Under the pieces are notes generated by a model. The model searched no databases, was not told the origin of the DNA, and saw nothing but the letters and a program-made list of their open reading frames with translations. A program made the position numbers and the translations under genes. From assembly GCA_963718525.1 (NCBI GenBank), contig OY970355.1, forward strand, positions 672,001 through 736,000: a DNA stretch of 64,000 bases. The letters are read 5' to 3'. Below, in pieces: positions 19,518-28,064 of this stretch; the first letter of the stretch is position 1; each line of letters opens with the position of its first letter. Origin of the DNA: Candidatus Dormiibacterota bacterium (GTDB lineage: Bacteria; Chloroflexota; Dormibacteria; Aeolococcales; Aeolococcaceae).

Positions 19518-21905
19518 TCAGTATGACCGCGGCATGTCGAGCACATTGTGCCCGAGATACGCGAGCACGAGGTTGTTCGGCACCGGCGCGTTCAGGTACA
19601 GCCGCGTCTCACGGAACTTCCGCTCGATATCAAAATCGGCTGCGAATCCCCATCCTCCATGAGCGTCGAGGCAGGCATTAGCTGCTTGCCATGAGGCCTC
19701 GGATGACAGCAGCTTTGCCATGTTCGCTTCTGGCCCGCAGGGGCGTCGCGCGTCGAAGAGCGACGCGGCCTTCCAGCGCATGAGGGACGCCGCCTCAATG
19801 GCCGCGTGGGCGCGCGACAACGGGAACTGGACGCCTTGATTGGCTCCGATGGGGCGGCCGAACACCTCACGCTGCCTAGAGTAGGCACTTCCGGTTCGAA
19901 CAAACCACCGCCCATCTCCGATGCATTCGGATGCGATGAGAATCCGCTCCGCATTCATCGACTCTATTAGATAGCGGAATCCGAGGCCCTCGTCACCGAC
20001 GAGAGCGTCCTCCCCAACTTCAAGGCCGTCGAAGAAAACCTCGGTGGTCAGGTGGTTGCTCATCGTCTTCAACGGCCGGACAGTCAGCTGTTCGCCGGCG
20101 AGGCGCATGTCAATCAGAAAAACAGATAGACCCTCCTGACTGCGGGTTCCACTCGTGTTTTGGGATGTTCGGGCGATCAGCATCATCAGGTCGGAATGCT
20201 GCGCCCTCGAGATGAAAACCTTCTGTCCATTGATCCGCCAACCTCCATCGATCCGCTCGGCGGTTGTTGTGATGGCTGTCGTGTCAGAACCAGATGTGGG
20301 CTCTGTGACACCGAAAGCCTGCAGCCGCAGAGCTCCGGCAGCGATTTGCGGTAGCCAGCGCGACTTCTGCGCCTCGCTGCCAAATCGCAGGAGTGTTCCC
20401 ATCGTGTACATCTGCGCATGACAAGCGGCAGCGTTGCCCCCTGACGAATTGATCTCTTCGAGGATGACGCCTGCCGCTGAAAGCCCGAGTCCGCCTCCGC
20501 CGAATTCACTCGGAATCAGAACTGCCAGCCAGCCCTGCTTGGTCACCTCCGCGACGAACGTCTCCGGGTACTGGTCGGGTTCTAGTCCACGCCAATACGA
20601 CGCAGGGAAGCCCGCGCACAGCTGTGCAACCGCCGAGCGTATGTCGCGGAATTGCTCCGCCTCGTCGAACCACATCCCTCGACTTCCAATGGATGATGAC
20701 ACTGGATCAACGCTTCGTCCGAATGTCGCGCGGGCTATGCGATTGCCGCCCAGTTCGGCCAGCACTTCGTTGGTATGCTCGCCAAGCGCCGGAACGTTTC
20801 CGGTAGGCGCGTCAACTCCCGCGAGGTTGAATGGCGGTCGCAGCGCGGGCACCGGCCCAGTGGGCGTAGACACTTCAAACCAGCGGTCCCGAGAGGCCAG
20901 TTGCACATGCGCCGCTAGGCCCGCGACATCGTTGACGACGCCATATGGAATATCGCCAGCATCAAGAGCGCGTAGGACCGTCGGAAGATCTCTCGTAGCG
21001 AGGCGCTCCTCGACCAATCGCTCTAGGCTCACGCGATTCGTCACGCGCAATTCGTTGGTGCGATATCGGGGATCCTGCACCAATCCTGGATCCTCAAGCA
21101 ACCCGGTGCAGAACGCTTGCCACTGAGCTGCGGTATGCACAGCCAAGTTCACCATCCGGCCGCCCGCGACCGGATATGGGCCGTAGGGGCAGATGCTGTT
21201 GTGCCGCATGCCTGTGCGGACCGGCTCTTGTCCCGTATACATGCGATGGTAGAGCGGAGTCATCATCCACTCAGCAAGACAGTCAAGCATTGCAATATCA
21301 ATCCGGATCCCTTCGCCCGTCCGGTGTCGCTGGAGGAGGGCGGCGAGTACCGCGCTCAGCGCATACATCCCTGAGGAGATGTCCGCGATCGAGATGCCAA
21401 CCTTGGCAGGCTCGCTCGGACTGCCGGTGACCGAAACGACCCCGGCCTCCCCTTGGATCAACAAGTCGAAGCCCTTACGCTGCGCCTCCGGGCCAGACGT
21501 CCCGTAGGCAGTGATCCCGCAGACTATGAGCCCCGGCCAACGAGCGTGCAGGTGATCCCAGCCTAATCCCAGCCGCTCGATGCCTCCTGGTCCGAGGTTG
21601 TGGACCAAGACATCGGCGCCGGCGAGCAGGCTCTCCAGAGCCGCCAGGCCGGCGGCGGAAGCCAAGTCAAGGACGACGCTGCGTTTACCTCGGTTCAGCC
21701 AGACGAAGTAGGCGGAGTCGCCATGCACGACGGAGTCGTAGCCGCGCGCGAAGTCGCCTCCGCCTGGCCGTTCGATTTTGACGACGTCGGCTCCCAGGTC
21801 AACAAGATGGCGGGTACACAGGGGTGCTGCCACGGCCTGCTCCAGCGCCACTACTCGGAGGCCGCGAAGAGGTGGCGTGCTGATGAGAGGATGGCTACCG
21901 CTCAT
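19518..21905 (-). CDS. Fusion of a CaiB/BaiF family III CoA-transferase and an acyl-CoA dehydrogenase
   Basis: N-half LEQAVAAP, LGADVVKIERPGGGD, NRGKRS; C-half VTEPTSGSD, INGQK, FGRPIGANQGVQF, HGGWGFA; single 795-aa ORF. Confidence 0.9.
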   Translation of the reverse strand: MSGSHPLISTPPLRGLRVVALEQAVAAPLCTRHLVDLGADVVKIERPGGGDFARGYDSVVHGDSAYFVWLNRGKRSVVLDLASAAGLAALESLLAGADVLVHNLGPGGIERLGLGWDHLHARWPGLIVCGITAYGTSGPEAQRKGFDLLIQGEAGVVSVTGSPSEPAKVGISIADISSGMYALSAVLAALLQRHRTGEGIRIDIAMLDCLAEWMMTPLYHRMYTGQEPVRTGMRHNSICPYGPYPVAGGRMVNLAVHTAAQWQAFCTGLLEDPGLVQDPRYRTNELRVTNRVSLERLVEERLATRDLPTVLRALDAGDIPYGVVNDVAGLAAHVQLASRDRWFEVSTPTGPVPALRPPFNLAGVDAPTGNVPALGEHTNEVLAELGGNRIARATFGRSVDPVSSSIGSRGMWFDEAEQFRDIRSAVAQLCAGFPASYWRGLEPDQYPETFVAEVTKQGWLAVLIPSEFGGGGLGLSAAGVILEEINSSGGNAAACHAQMYTMGTLLRFGSEAQKSRWLPQIAAGALRLQAFGVTEPTSGSDTTAITTTAERIDGGWRINGQKVFISRAQHSDLMMLIARTSQNTSGTRSQEGLSVFLIDMRLAGEQLTVRPLKTMSNHLTTEVFFDGLEVGEDALVGDEGLGFRYLIESMNAERILIASECIGDGRWFVRTGSAYSRQREVFGRPIGANQGVQFPLSRAHAAIEAASLMRWKAASLFDARRPCGPEANMAKLLSSEASWQAANACLDAHGGWGFAADFDIERKFRETRLYLNAPVPNNLVLAYLGHNVLDMPRSY

Positions 21906-21983
21906 TCGTGCCCCCGGACAGCCCTGAATTCGACACTAATGACTCACCATCACATCGTCGTTCGGCAGACCGCGGCCACTCAT

Positions 21984-22000
21984 GTTCTGATCTAATATCA
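21984..22000. promoter_or_regulatory. Second copy of the candidate GntR operator
   Basis: GTTCTGATCTAATATCA, 15/17 identical to 18535-18551, in a divergent intergenic region. Confidence 0.65.
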
Positions 22001-22100
22001 TACTTACCCAACCCGATGAGCACCGAGGGGAACTCGGATCGATATAGTCTGACGAGCTAAGCCGGCTCGGCGGCGGGGAGAATAGTCAGGAGGTTCTGGC

Positions 22101-23105
22101 GTGATGACTTCGGCCACGATGGAGCTACGAGAGATGGTCCGCTTCAGACCGCGCCGGTTGGCGCATGGCAACTTCTTCGTGAGCGACCTTGAGAGATCCA
22201 CCTCCTTCTATGTCGACGTCTGCGGACTCAACCTCGTCTATCGAGAGCCTGGAATCCACGCTAACTTCCTCAGCAACGGTAGCAGTCATCACGACGCCGC
22301 TCTGATGGAGATATCGCGGGAAGCCAGGGTCGGACGGGGTGGCCATGTTCAGGTGCCGGCCGGGCGGGGGCGCACCCCGGGACTGAACCACGTCGCCTTC
22401 GAGATGGAGAACGAGGCGCTCCTGGTTGCTGCCTATCGGCGAGCGGTAGCGGCGCATGTTCCCATTCACCGCACCGCCGATCATCAGATCTCTCATAGCG
22501 TCTATCTCTTCGATCCCGATGGCAACTACCTCGAGATCTACTGGGACGCGACCAAGGACTGGCGCGGTGTCTACAAGGCAAATGAGAATGAACTCCTGAC
22601 GGCAACGTGGGATCCTAACGCCGCGGCTCCCTCAGATGACCGCAATTACAATCCAGATCCCCAGTACTCGACGGTGCCAGCAGCTCTTCTGCATCCAAAA
22701 CGGACGTCCCGCGCCGCTCTGCTCACCCCTGATGTCCAAAGGCTTCAAGACTTCTACGTCCAGATCGTCGGGCTCGACGTTGTAGCCGAAGATCCGGAGA
22801 GTAGATATGTAACGCTTGCCGGTACTGTTGACGGTCAGGACATTTCGCTTTTGGTGACGCACGATGGGCGGAAAGGCTTGCACCACTTCAGCTTCGAGCT
22901 CGAGGAGGAGGCGGAACTAGCGGATGCGATCGGAAGATTGAAGGCAGGCAGGATTCCTATCCTCGCGGAGATCGACAACCCGACCAAGCACAGCGTGGCG
23001 ATTGCTGATCCGGACGGCATTGTCCTCGAGTTCTTTGTGAAGCGCCGGGTTCCGCTCTCGGCTTATGCCCCTGCTGAAAATGAGCCGATTGAGTTTGTGG
23101 TTTAG
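22101..23105 (+). CDS. Two-domain VOC family protein (extradiol dioxygenase-like)
   Basis: LAHGNFFV, GLNHVAF, DHQISHSVYLFDPDGNYLEIY; second domain GLHHFSF...DPDGIVLEFF. Confidence 0.85.
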   Translation: MMTSATMELREMVRFRPRRLAHGNFFVSDLERSTSFYVDVCGLNLVYREPGIHANFLSNGSSHHDAALMEISREARVGRGGHVQVPAGRGRTPGLNHVAFEMENEALLVAAYRRAVAAHVPIHRTADHQISHSVYLFDPDGNYLEIYWDATKDWRGVYKANENELLTATWDPNAAAPSDDRNYNPDPQYSTVPAALLHPKRTSRAALLTPDVQRLQDFYVQIVGLDVVAEDPESRYVTLAGTVDGQDISLLVTHDGRKGLHHFSFELEEEAELADAIGRLKAGRIPILAEIDNPTKHSVAIADPDGIVLEFFVKRRVPLSAYAPAENEPIEFVV

Positions 23106-23187
23106 GTGCCGGCGGAGTGCCTAAGGTCGATCACCAAATTCCGCCGGATTTGCAACGACCTCTAGCGATCTCGGCTGAAGCCGCGAA

Positions 23188-24366
23188 GTGAGACCTGGAC
23201 ACGCGGAGATCGTCGGCGGTGGGCTGGCTGGGTTGACCGCAGGCTTGGCGCTGGCAAAGAGCGGCTGGCGCGTGCGAGTCCATGAACGCTCCCCCGAGTT
23301 GCGGGAGATCGGCGCTGGTCTGTACCTCAAAGAGAACAGCCTGCGAGTCCTTGAGCGGCTGGGTGTCTTTGACGAGGTTGCAGCTCACGGTGTCCGTCTA
23401 GAGAGAATGGATATCCATGACGTGGATCGAGATCGCTGGTTGATCCGCGAGGTCAGTCAGCTTCGCGTGTATAACGTCGTCCGTACGGCGTTGCACCGCA
23501 CGCTTGCGCAGGCGGCGGTTGCGCGCGGAGCCGAAGTCCTGACTAGCTCCACGGGAGTCCACGCAGAGCCTTCGGGTCGGCTCCGTCTGGCCTCGGGAGA
23601 GACGGTAACCGCTGACTTGGTGGTCGGGGCGGACGGGATTTACTCGAAGATCCGCGAATCGGTCCGCCTCGGTCGCGCACTGCGGATCCTTCCCGAAGGC
23701 GGCACCCAACTCTTAGTGAAGCGAACCGAAGCTGAGTCAAAGGCTTGGAGCGTCGAACACTGGTCGGGCAAGCTCCGGATGCTAACCACCCCATGCAGTG
23801 CTACCGACACGTATGTCGCGCTTATGGGTCCCGAATCGGACAAGCGCGCGTCAGCGGTGCCGATCGACAAGCGACGTTGGTCGAACGCTTTTCCCAATCT
23901 CATCGACATAGTCGGGAGGATGGGCGACAAGGATGGAGTCCACCACACAAACGTGAAGGTCGAGACGCGAGGCTGGGCATCAGGCAAAGTAGCAATCGTA
24001 GGCGACGCGGCGCACGGGCAACCGCCAAACCTTGGCCAGGGCGCCGGGCTCGCCATCGCGAACGGGTTGGCGCTTGCCGACATGCTCCAGCGGTACGACA
24101 CGGTCGAGGAAGGTCTCCTCGCATGGGAGGCAACCTTTCGTCCGGTGGCCATGGCAACGCAGCGTTGGTCCTGCTGGTATGGCAACCTCGCCTACCGGTG
24201 GCCGACCAGGCTGGGCAACTACCGCATGCCGGCACTTGAGGGGATCAATGCCTTTCCGCCGCTCGGCAATCGCTATTTCTGGCTCTGGCAAGGCGGCCTT
24301 TCCGACTACAAACAGCCGCGCTCGCTCACCAAAGCGCTCCGTGTGCACCGGCGCGACAAGGCCTAA
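23188..24366 (+). CDS. FAD-dependent monooxygenase resembling 2-methyl-3-hydroxypyridine-5-carboxylate oxygenase (MHPCO)
   Basis: AEIVGGGLAG, HERSPELREIGAGLYL, VGADG, SAVPID, GDAAH..PPNLGQGA; MHPCO resemblance is from recall. Confidence 0.8.
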   Translation: MRPGHAEIVGGGLAGLTAGLALAKSGWRVRVHERSPELREIGAGLYLKENSLRVLERLGVFDEVAAHGVRLERMDIHDVDRDRWLIREVSQLRVYNVVRTALHRTLAQAAVARGAEVLTSSTGVHAEPSGRLRLASGETVTADLVVGADGIYSKIRESVRLGRALRILPEGGTQLLVKRTEAESKAWSVEHWSGKLRMLTTPCSATDTYVALMGPESDKRASAVPIDKRRWSNAFPNLIDIVGRMGDKDGVHHTNVKVETRGWASGKVAIVGDAAHGQPPNLGQGAGLAIANGLALADMLQRYDTVEEGLLAWEATFRPVAMATQRWSCWYGNLAYRWPTRLGNYRMPALEGINAFPPLGNRYFWLWQGGLSDYKQPRSLTKALRVHRRDKA

Positions 24367-24442
24367 TTCCGCGCCTTCGTGTCGAGAGGTCGCGATGGGG
24401 TGTCGTGATGATCCATCGACGCGTTCCTACTCGATTTCGCCG

Positions 24443-25288
24443 TCAATGTGCGCCGGTTAGAGGCGTCACCAACCTGCCGAGGCCCTGCACCTCGACCTCG
24501 ACGACATCCCCGGGCTTCATCCACACTTTGGGATCACGACCCTGAATAACGCCTTCTGGCGTGCCCGTGGCAATGAAGTCACCGGGCTCCAGGGTCACAT
24601 ACTGACTGATGTAGCTGACGAGAGCGCGAACGCTGAACAACATATCTGATGTCGTGGAATCCTGCCGCAGCTCGCCGTTGAGCCAGCTCCGGATCGTGAG
24701 GTTCTGCGGATCGTCTACCTCGTCGGCTGAGACCAACTCGGGGCCTACGGGAAGAAAGCCGTCGAGCATCTTCCCGAGCAGGTACTGGCTGGTGCGGAAC
24801 TGGAGGTCCCGCGCTGACAGGTCATTGCAGTTGCAGTAGCCCCAGACATGGTCAAGAGCCTCCGCCTCTGACACCCGACGAGCGCGTCGACCGATGACCA
24901 CCCCGAGCTCCGCCTCATAGTCGTACTCGCGAACATCAGCAGGCAGCGTCACCGGTGATCCCGACGCGACGAGGGCATTGTTGAACTTAGAGAACAGCGT
25001 GGGAGTCGAAGTCGGCGTGAGGCCGATTTCGGCGGCGTGACGCCGATAATTCATACCGACGCAGAGGAGTTTGCCTGGCAACGGCACGCATAGGCCGTTG
25101 GTGCCAAGGTGGGTCGCCAAACGACCTACAGTCGCTGCGCGCTCAGCACGTATTCGAGCCCTTTCGCCGCCTGTAACAAGCTCACTCACAGAACGCGGCG
25201 CATCCCCGTCGGTTAATATGGCCCAACCCTCCGGCCGTCGGATCGCGAGCCGTGGGCCATGCTCGGTAATGAGTCCTGTGACGCGCAT
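24443..25288 (-). CDS. Fumarylacetoacetate hydrolase family protein
   Basis: CVGMNY, DYEAELGVVIG, NDLSARD, ATGTPEG. Confidence 0.93.
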   Translation of the reverse strand: MRVTGLITEHGPRLAIRRPEGWAILTDGDAPRSVSELVTGGERARIRAERAATVGRLATHLGTNGLCVPLPGKLLCVGMNYRRHAAEIGLTPTSTPTLFSKFNNALVASGSPVTLPADVREYDYEAELGVVIGRRARRVSEAEALDHVWGYCNCNDLSARDLQFRTSQYLLGKMLDGFLPVGPELVSADEVDDPQNLTIRSWLNGELRQDSTTSDMLFSVRALVSYISQYVTLEPGDFIATGTPEGVIQGRDPKVWMKPGDVVEVEVQGLGRLVTPLTGAH

Positions 25289-25497
25289 AGGTACGCTTCT
25301 CCGGGGTCTTCTTCACGTTGTCGATGGGGTCGCGCGATGGTGGATAATGAGTTTCGCATAACCACGTGGCAGTGGCGTCTTTAGGAGCGCCGAGCTCCAT
25401 GGCGCGGCTCAGCGCGCTGGATTTCCGCACACCGCCGCGCTAGAATCCTGTAGGCCTGCGCTTGAGGCGCGTCGAACCGGGCTCGGAGGGTTGGAGA

Positions 25498-26100
25498 GTG
25501 TCCTGGAACATCAGTGGGTCGTACTTCGAGACCTGCTCGTGCAACGTGGTCTGCCCATGCACCGCGTAGCTCGCGCTTGGCGCCACACTCGATCGCTGCA
25601 AGGTCACACTCGTCTTCAATGTCCACAATGGAGACGTCGAAGGCACCCACGTCGGCGGCCTGACGGTGGCGGCGATCGTCGATACACCGAAGGTCATGAC
25701 CGACGGAAACTGGCGCGTCGGCGTGTTCATCGATGCTGCCGCTTCTGATGAGCAAGCGGAGAAGCTCGGTGGCGTCTTCTCCGGTGCGCTGGGCGGACCG
25801 ATGGCTGCCCTCGGGCCGCTGATCTCGGAGAATCTCGGCGTGCAGCGGGCTCCGATCGAGGTGCGTGAAGACGGGCTGCGCCACTCGATTCGGATCGGTG
25901 ACGCTGTGGACTTCGAGATCGAAGATGTCGTGCCATTCGGGGTGGAGAACGGCCAGCCCGCAAAGCTCACCGGTATCTTTCATCCGGCCGGTTCGGAGTT
26001 GACAGTGGCTCGGGCGACGCGGTCGAAGATCGATGGGTTCGGGATCGCGTACGAGGCCAAGGCTGCCTTCTCGACATCGAACTTCTCGTGGTCGGCCTAG
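25498..26100 (+). pseudogene. DUF1326 domain protein with an in-frame TAG at codon 24
   Basis: GTG start gives MSWNISGSYFETCSCNVVCPCTA*LALGATLDRC..., in frame with ORF 25666..26100; TAG at 25567-25569. Confidence 0.8.
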
Positions 26101-26936
26101 ATACCGTCGAGTCCACGTCCCTCGCGCAGAAGCAGCGCAACTCAGAGGGTCTGGCTCAACTCTTCGCCGCCGTGCGAACGCGCCTCGGCCTGGTCGCACT
26201 GCTGTTCGTGCTCGCGGGTCTCGCCTGGTGGGCCACCGTCAATCAGATGGCTGGCATGGACGCAGGTCCAGGCACAGACCTTGGGGCGCTCGGATGGTTT
26301 CTCGGCGTATGGGTGGTGATGATGGCCGCAATGATGTTTCCATCGGTTGCACCGACGGTGGCGCTATATGCACGGCTGACGCGCCAGCGCAGCCCGGTGC
26401 GGCCGCTCCTCTTCGCCTTCGCGTACCTGGCCGTGTGGGCCACCGTTGGACTGCTCTCGTACGGCCTCTTCGAGGTGGGCAAGACGTGGTTCGGGTCCCA
26501 GCTGGCCTGGAATGCCGGCGGGCGATGGGTCGCGGCGTCGATCCTTGCAGCGGCGGCGGTCTACGAACTGACACCGCTGAAGAACGTGTGCCTGGGGAAG
26601 TGCCGGAGCCCTCTCGGCTTCCTACTCGGCAACTGGCGTGACGGGGGGACTGGCGCGATCGAGATGGGAGCGAGGCACGCTGCCTGGTGCGTCGGGTGCT
26701 GCTGGGCGCTGATGGCGGCGCTGTTCGCTCTGGGCGTGATGAGCCTTGTCTGGATGGCGGTGGTTGCCGCACTCATTACGGTGGAAAAGACCATTCCGTG
26801 GCGTCGGCCGGTCGTGTGGGGGACGACCGCCATCCTGTTGGCGCTGGCCGTCATGGTAGCTGTCGCGCCGCACTCGGTGCCTGGGCTGGTCGTGCCTGGA
26901 AGCGCGGGGATGAGCACCATGGGGACGATGCATTAG
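26088..26936 (+). CDS. DUF2182 predicted metal-binding integral membrane protein
   Basis: WVVMMAAMMFPS, YELTPLKNVCLGKCRSP, CVGCCWALM, EK motif. Confidence 0.9.
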   Translation: MVGLDTVESTSLAQKQRNSEGLAQLFAAVRTRLGLVALLFVLAGLAWWATVNQMAGMDAGPGTDLGALGWFLGVWVVMMAAMMFPSVAPTVALYARLTRQRSPVRPLLFAFAYLAVWATVGLLSYGLFEVGKTWFGSQLAWNAGGRWVAASILAAAAVYELTPLKNVCLGKCRSPLGFLLGNWRDGGTGAIEMGARHAAWCVGCCWALMAALFALGVMSLVWMAVVAALITVEKTIPWRRPVVWGTTAILLALAVMVAVAPHSVPGLVVPGSAGMSTMGTMH

Positions 26937-27024
26937 GGGCTGGCATCGATTCGTTTGCCCGACGAGCGCCGCCGCCGTCCGATCGGCGTATCGTCGATCG
27001 ACTTCTGGCTAAGAGGCGTTTGAA

Positions 27025-27681
27025 ATGCACTTCACCCGATTGAGCGAATCCGACGAATACCAGCGTCAGCGCGAGGAGCTACGGGTCGCCGAATTGGATC
27101 TCATTGATCAGGCCGAACGCGTGGCTGCATTGCGGCGCACGCTGCCGGCAGACACTGTTGTCGACGACTACCAGTTGATCGACGTCGCGAGCGGCGATCA
27201 CGTGCAGCTCTCGGAACTGTTCAGTGCTCCGGGCCGGCCACTGATCCTGTATCACTTCATGTACGGCAAAGCCCAGACGGACCCATGCCCGCTGTGCACG
27301 ATGTGGATCGACGGGTACAACGCAGCGGTGCCACATCTCACGCAGAACGCGGACTTCGTCGTGGTCGCTGCGGCTGATCCCGCCGCCATCGCAGCCCACG
27401 CGGCGTCTCGCGGCTGGAACAACCTGCGCCTGCTGAGCGCCGGCGGCACCACCTACAAGTACGACCTCGGCAGCGAGGACGCCGATGGCACCCAGATCGA
27501 GTCAATCTCGGTGTTCACTCACGCCGACGACGGTACCGTGCGTCACGTCTACTCCAAGGGGGCGCAGATGGCTGACGATCGACGCGAGCGGGGCATCGAT
27601 CTGCTGACGCCGGTCTGGAATCTCCTTGATCTCACACCGAATGGCCGCCCGCTCGACTGGTACCCCTCGTTGCACTACTAG
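27025..27681 (+). CDS. DUF899 family thioredoxin-like protein
   Basis: VAALRRTLP, LILYHFM, CPLCTMWID, WNLLDLTPNGR. Confidence 0.9.
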   Translation: MHFTRLSESDEYQRQREELRVAELDLIDQAERVAALRRTLPADTVVDDYQLIDVASGDHVQLSELFSAPGRPLILYHFMYGKAQTDPCPLCTMWIDGYNAAVPHLTQNADFVVVAAADPAAIAAHAASRGWNNLRLLSAGGTTYKYDLGSEDADGTQIESISVFTHADDGTVRHVYSKGAQMADDRRERGIDLLTPVWNLLDLTPNGRPLDWYPSLHY

Positions 27682-28064
27682 TCGTTTCTATCTTTCGCAA
27701 AGACTGATGCCACAGTATCCCCTCCACCTCCAGGCCCTGCGCCACGAGCGTGCTGAACTCCGGAGGGTGGGCTAACCCGCCGAACCCGCTCTAGGTCATC
27801 GACTGATCCAGGCGACGCCGCCGCGAGAGGCTCCGGGATGGCACCTCGGTGGTTCCGTGGGCGCTTCCGGCGGGCAGCGGCCGCCGGTTCCTCGCCCTAG
27901 CCGCCAGCCGAAGCCCAGCCAGGCTGGTCCCCCGTCGTGTCGCCGCTGACGATCGCGCCGAATGGCGCAAGCGGTCCAATCGGCTGAGGGCAAGGTCAGC
28001 GTGGTACCGTCCCCGGTCACAGACGCGCGGCGTCCGGTAAGAAGCGCAACAGGGGGTGACGGCC

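Noticed and set aside
25567-25569. Pyrrolysine or programmed amber readthrough in DUF1326
   Set aside because: No pyl genes in the window, TAG is an ordinary stop in neighbouring genes, and a single TCG-to-TAG change explains it
27740-27800. c-di-AMP (ydaO) riboswitch-like words upstream of the subtilase
   Set aside because: Short matches occur in the wrong order and I could not build the conserved structure; an Rfam covariance search would settle it
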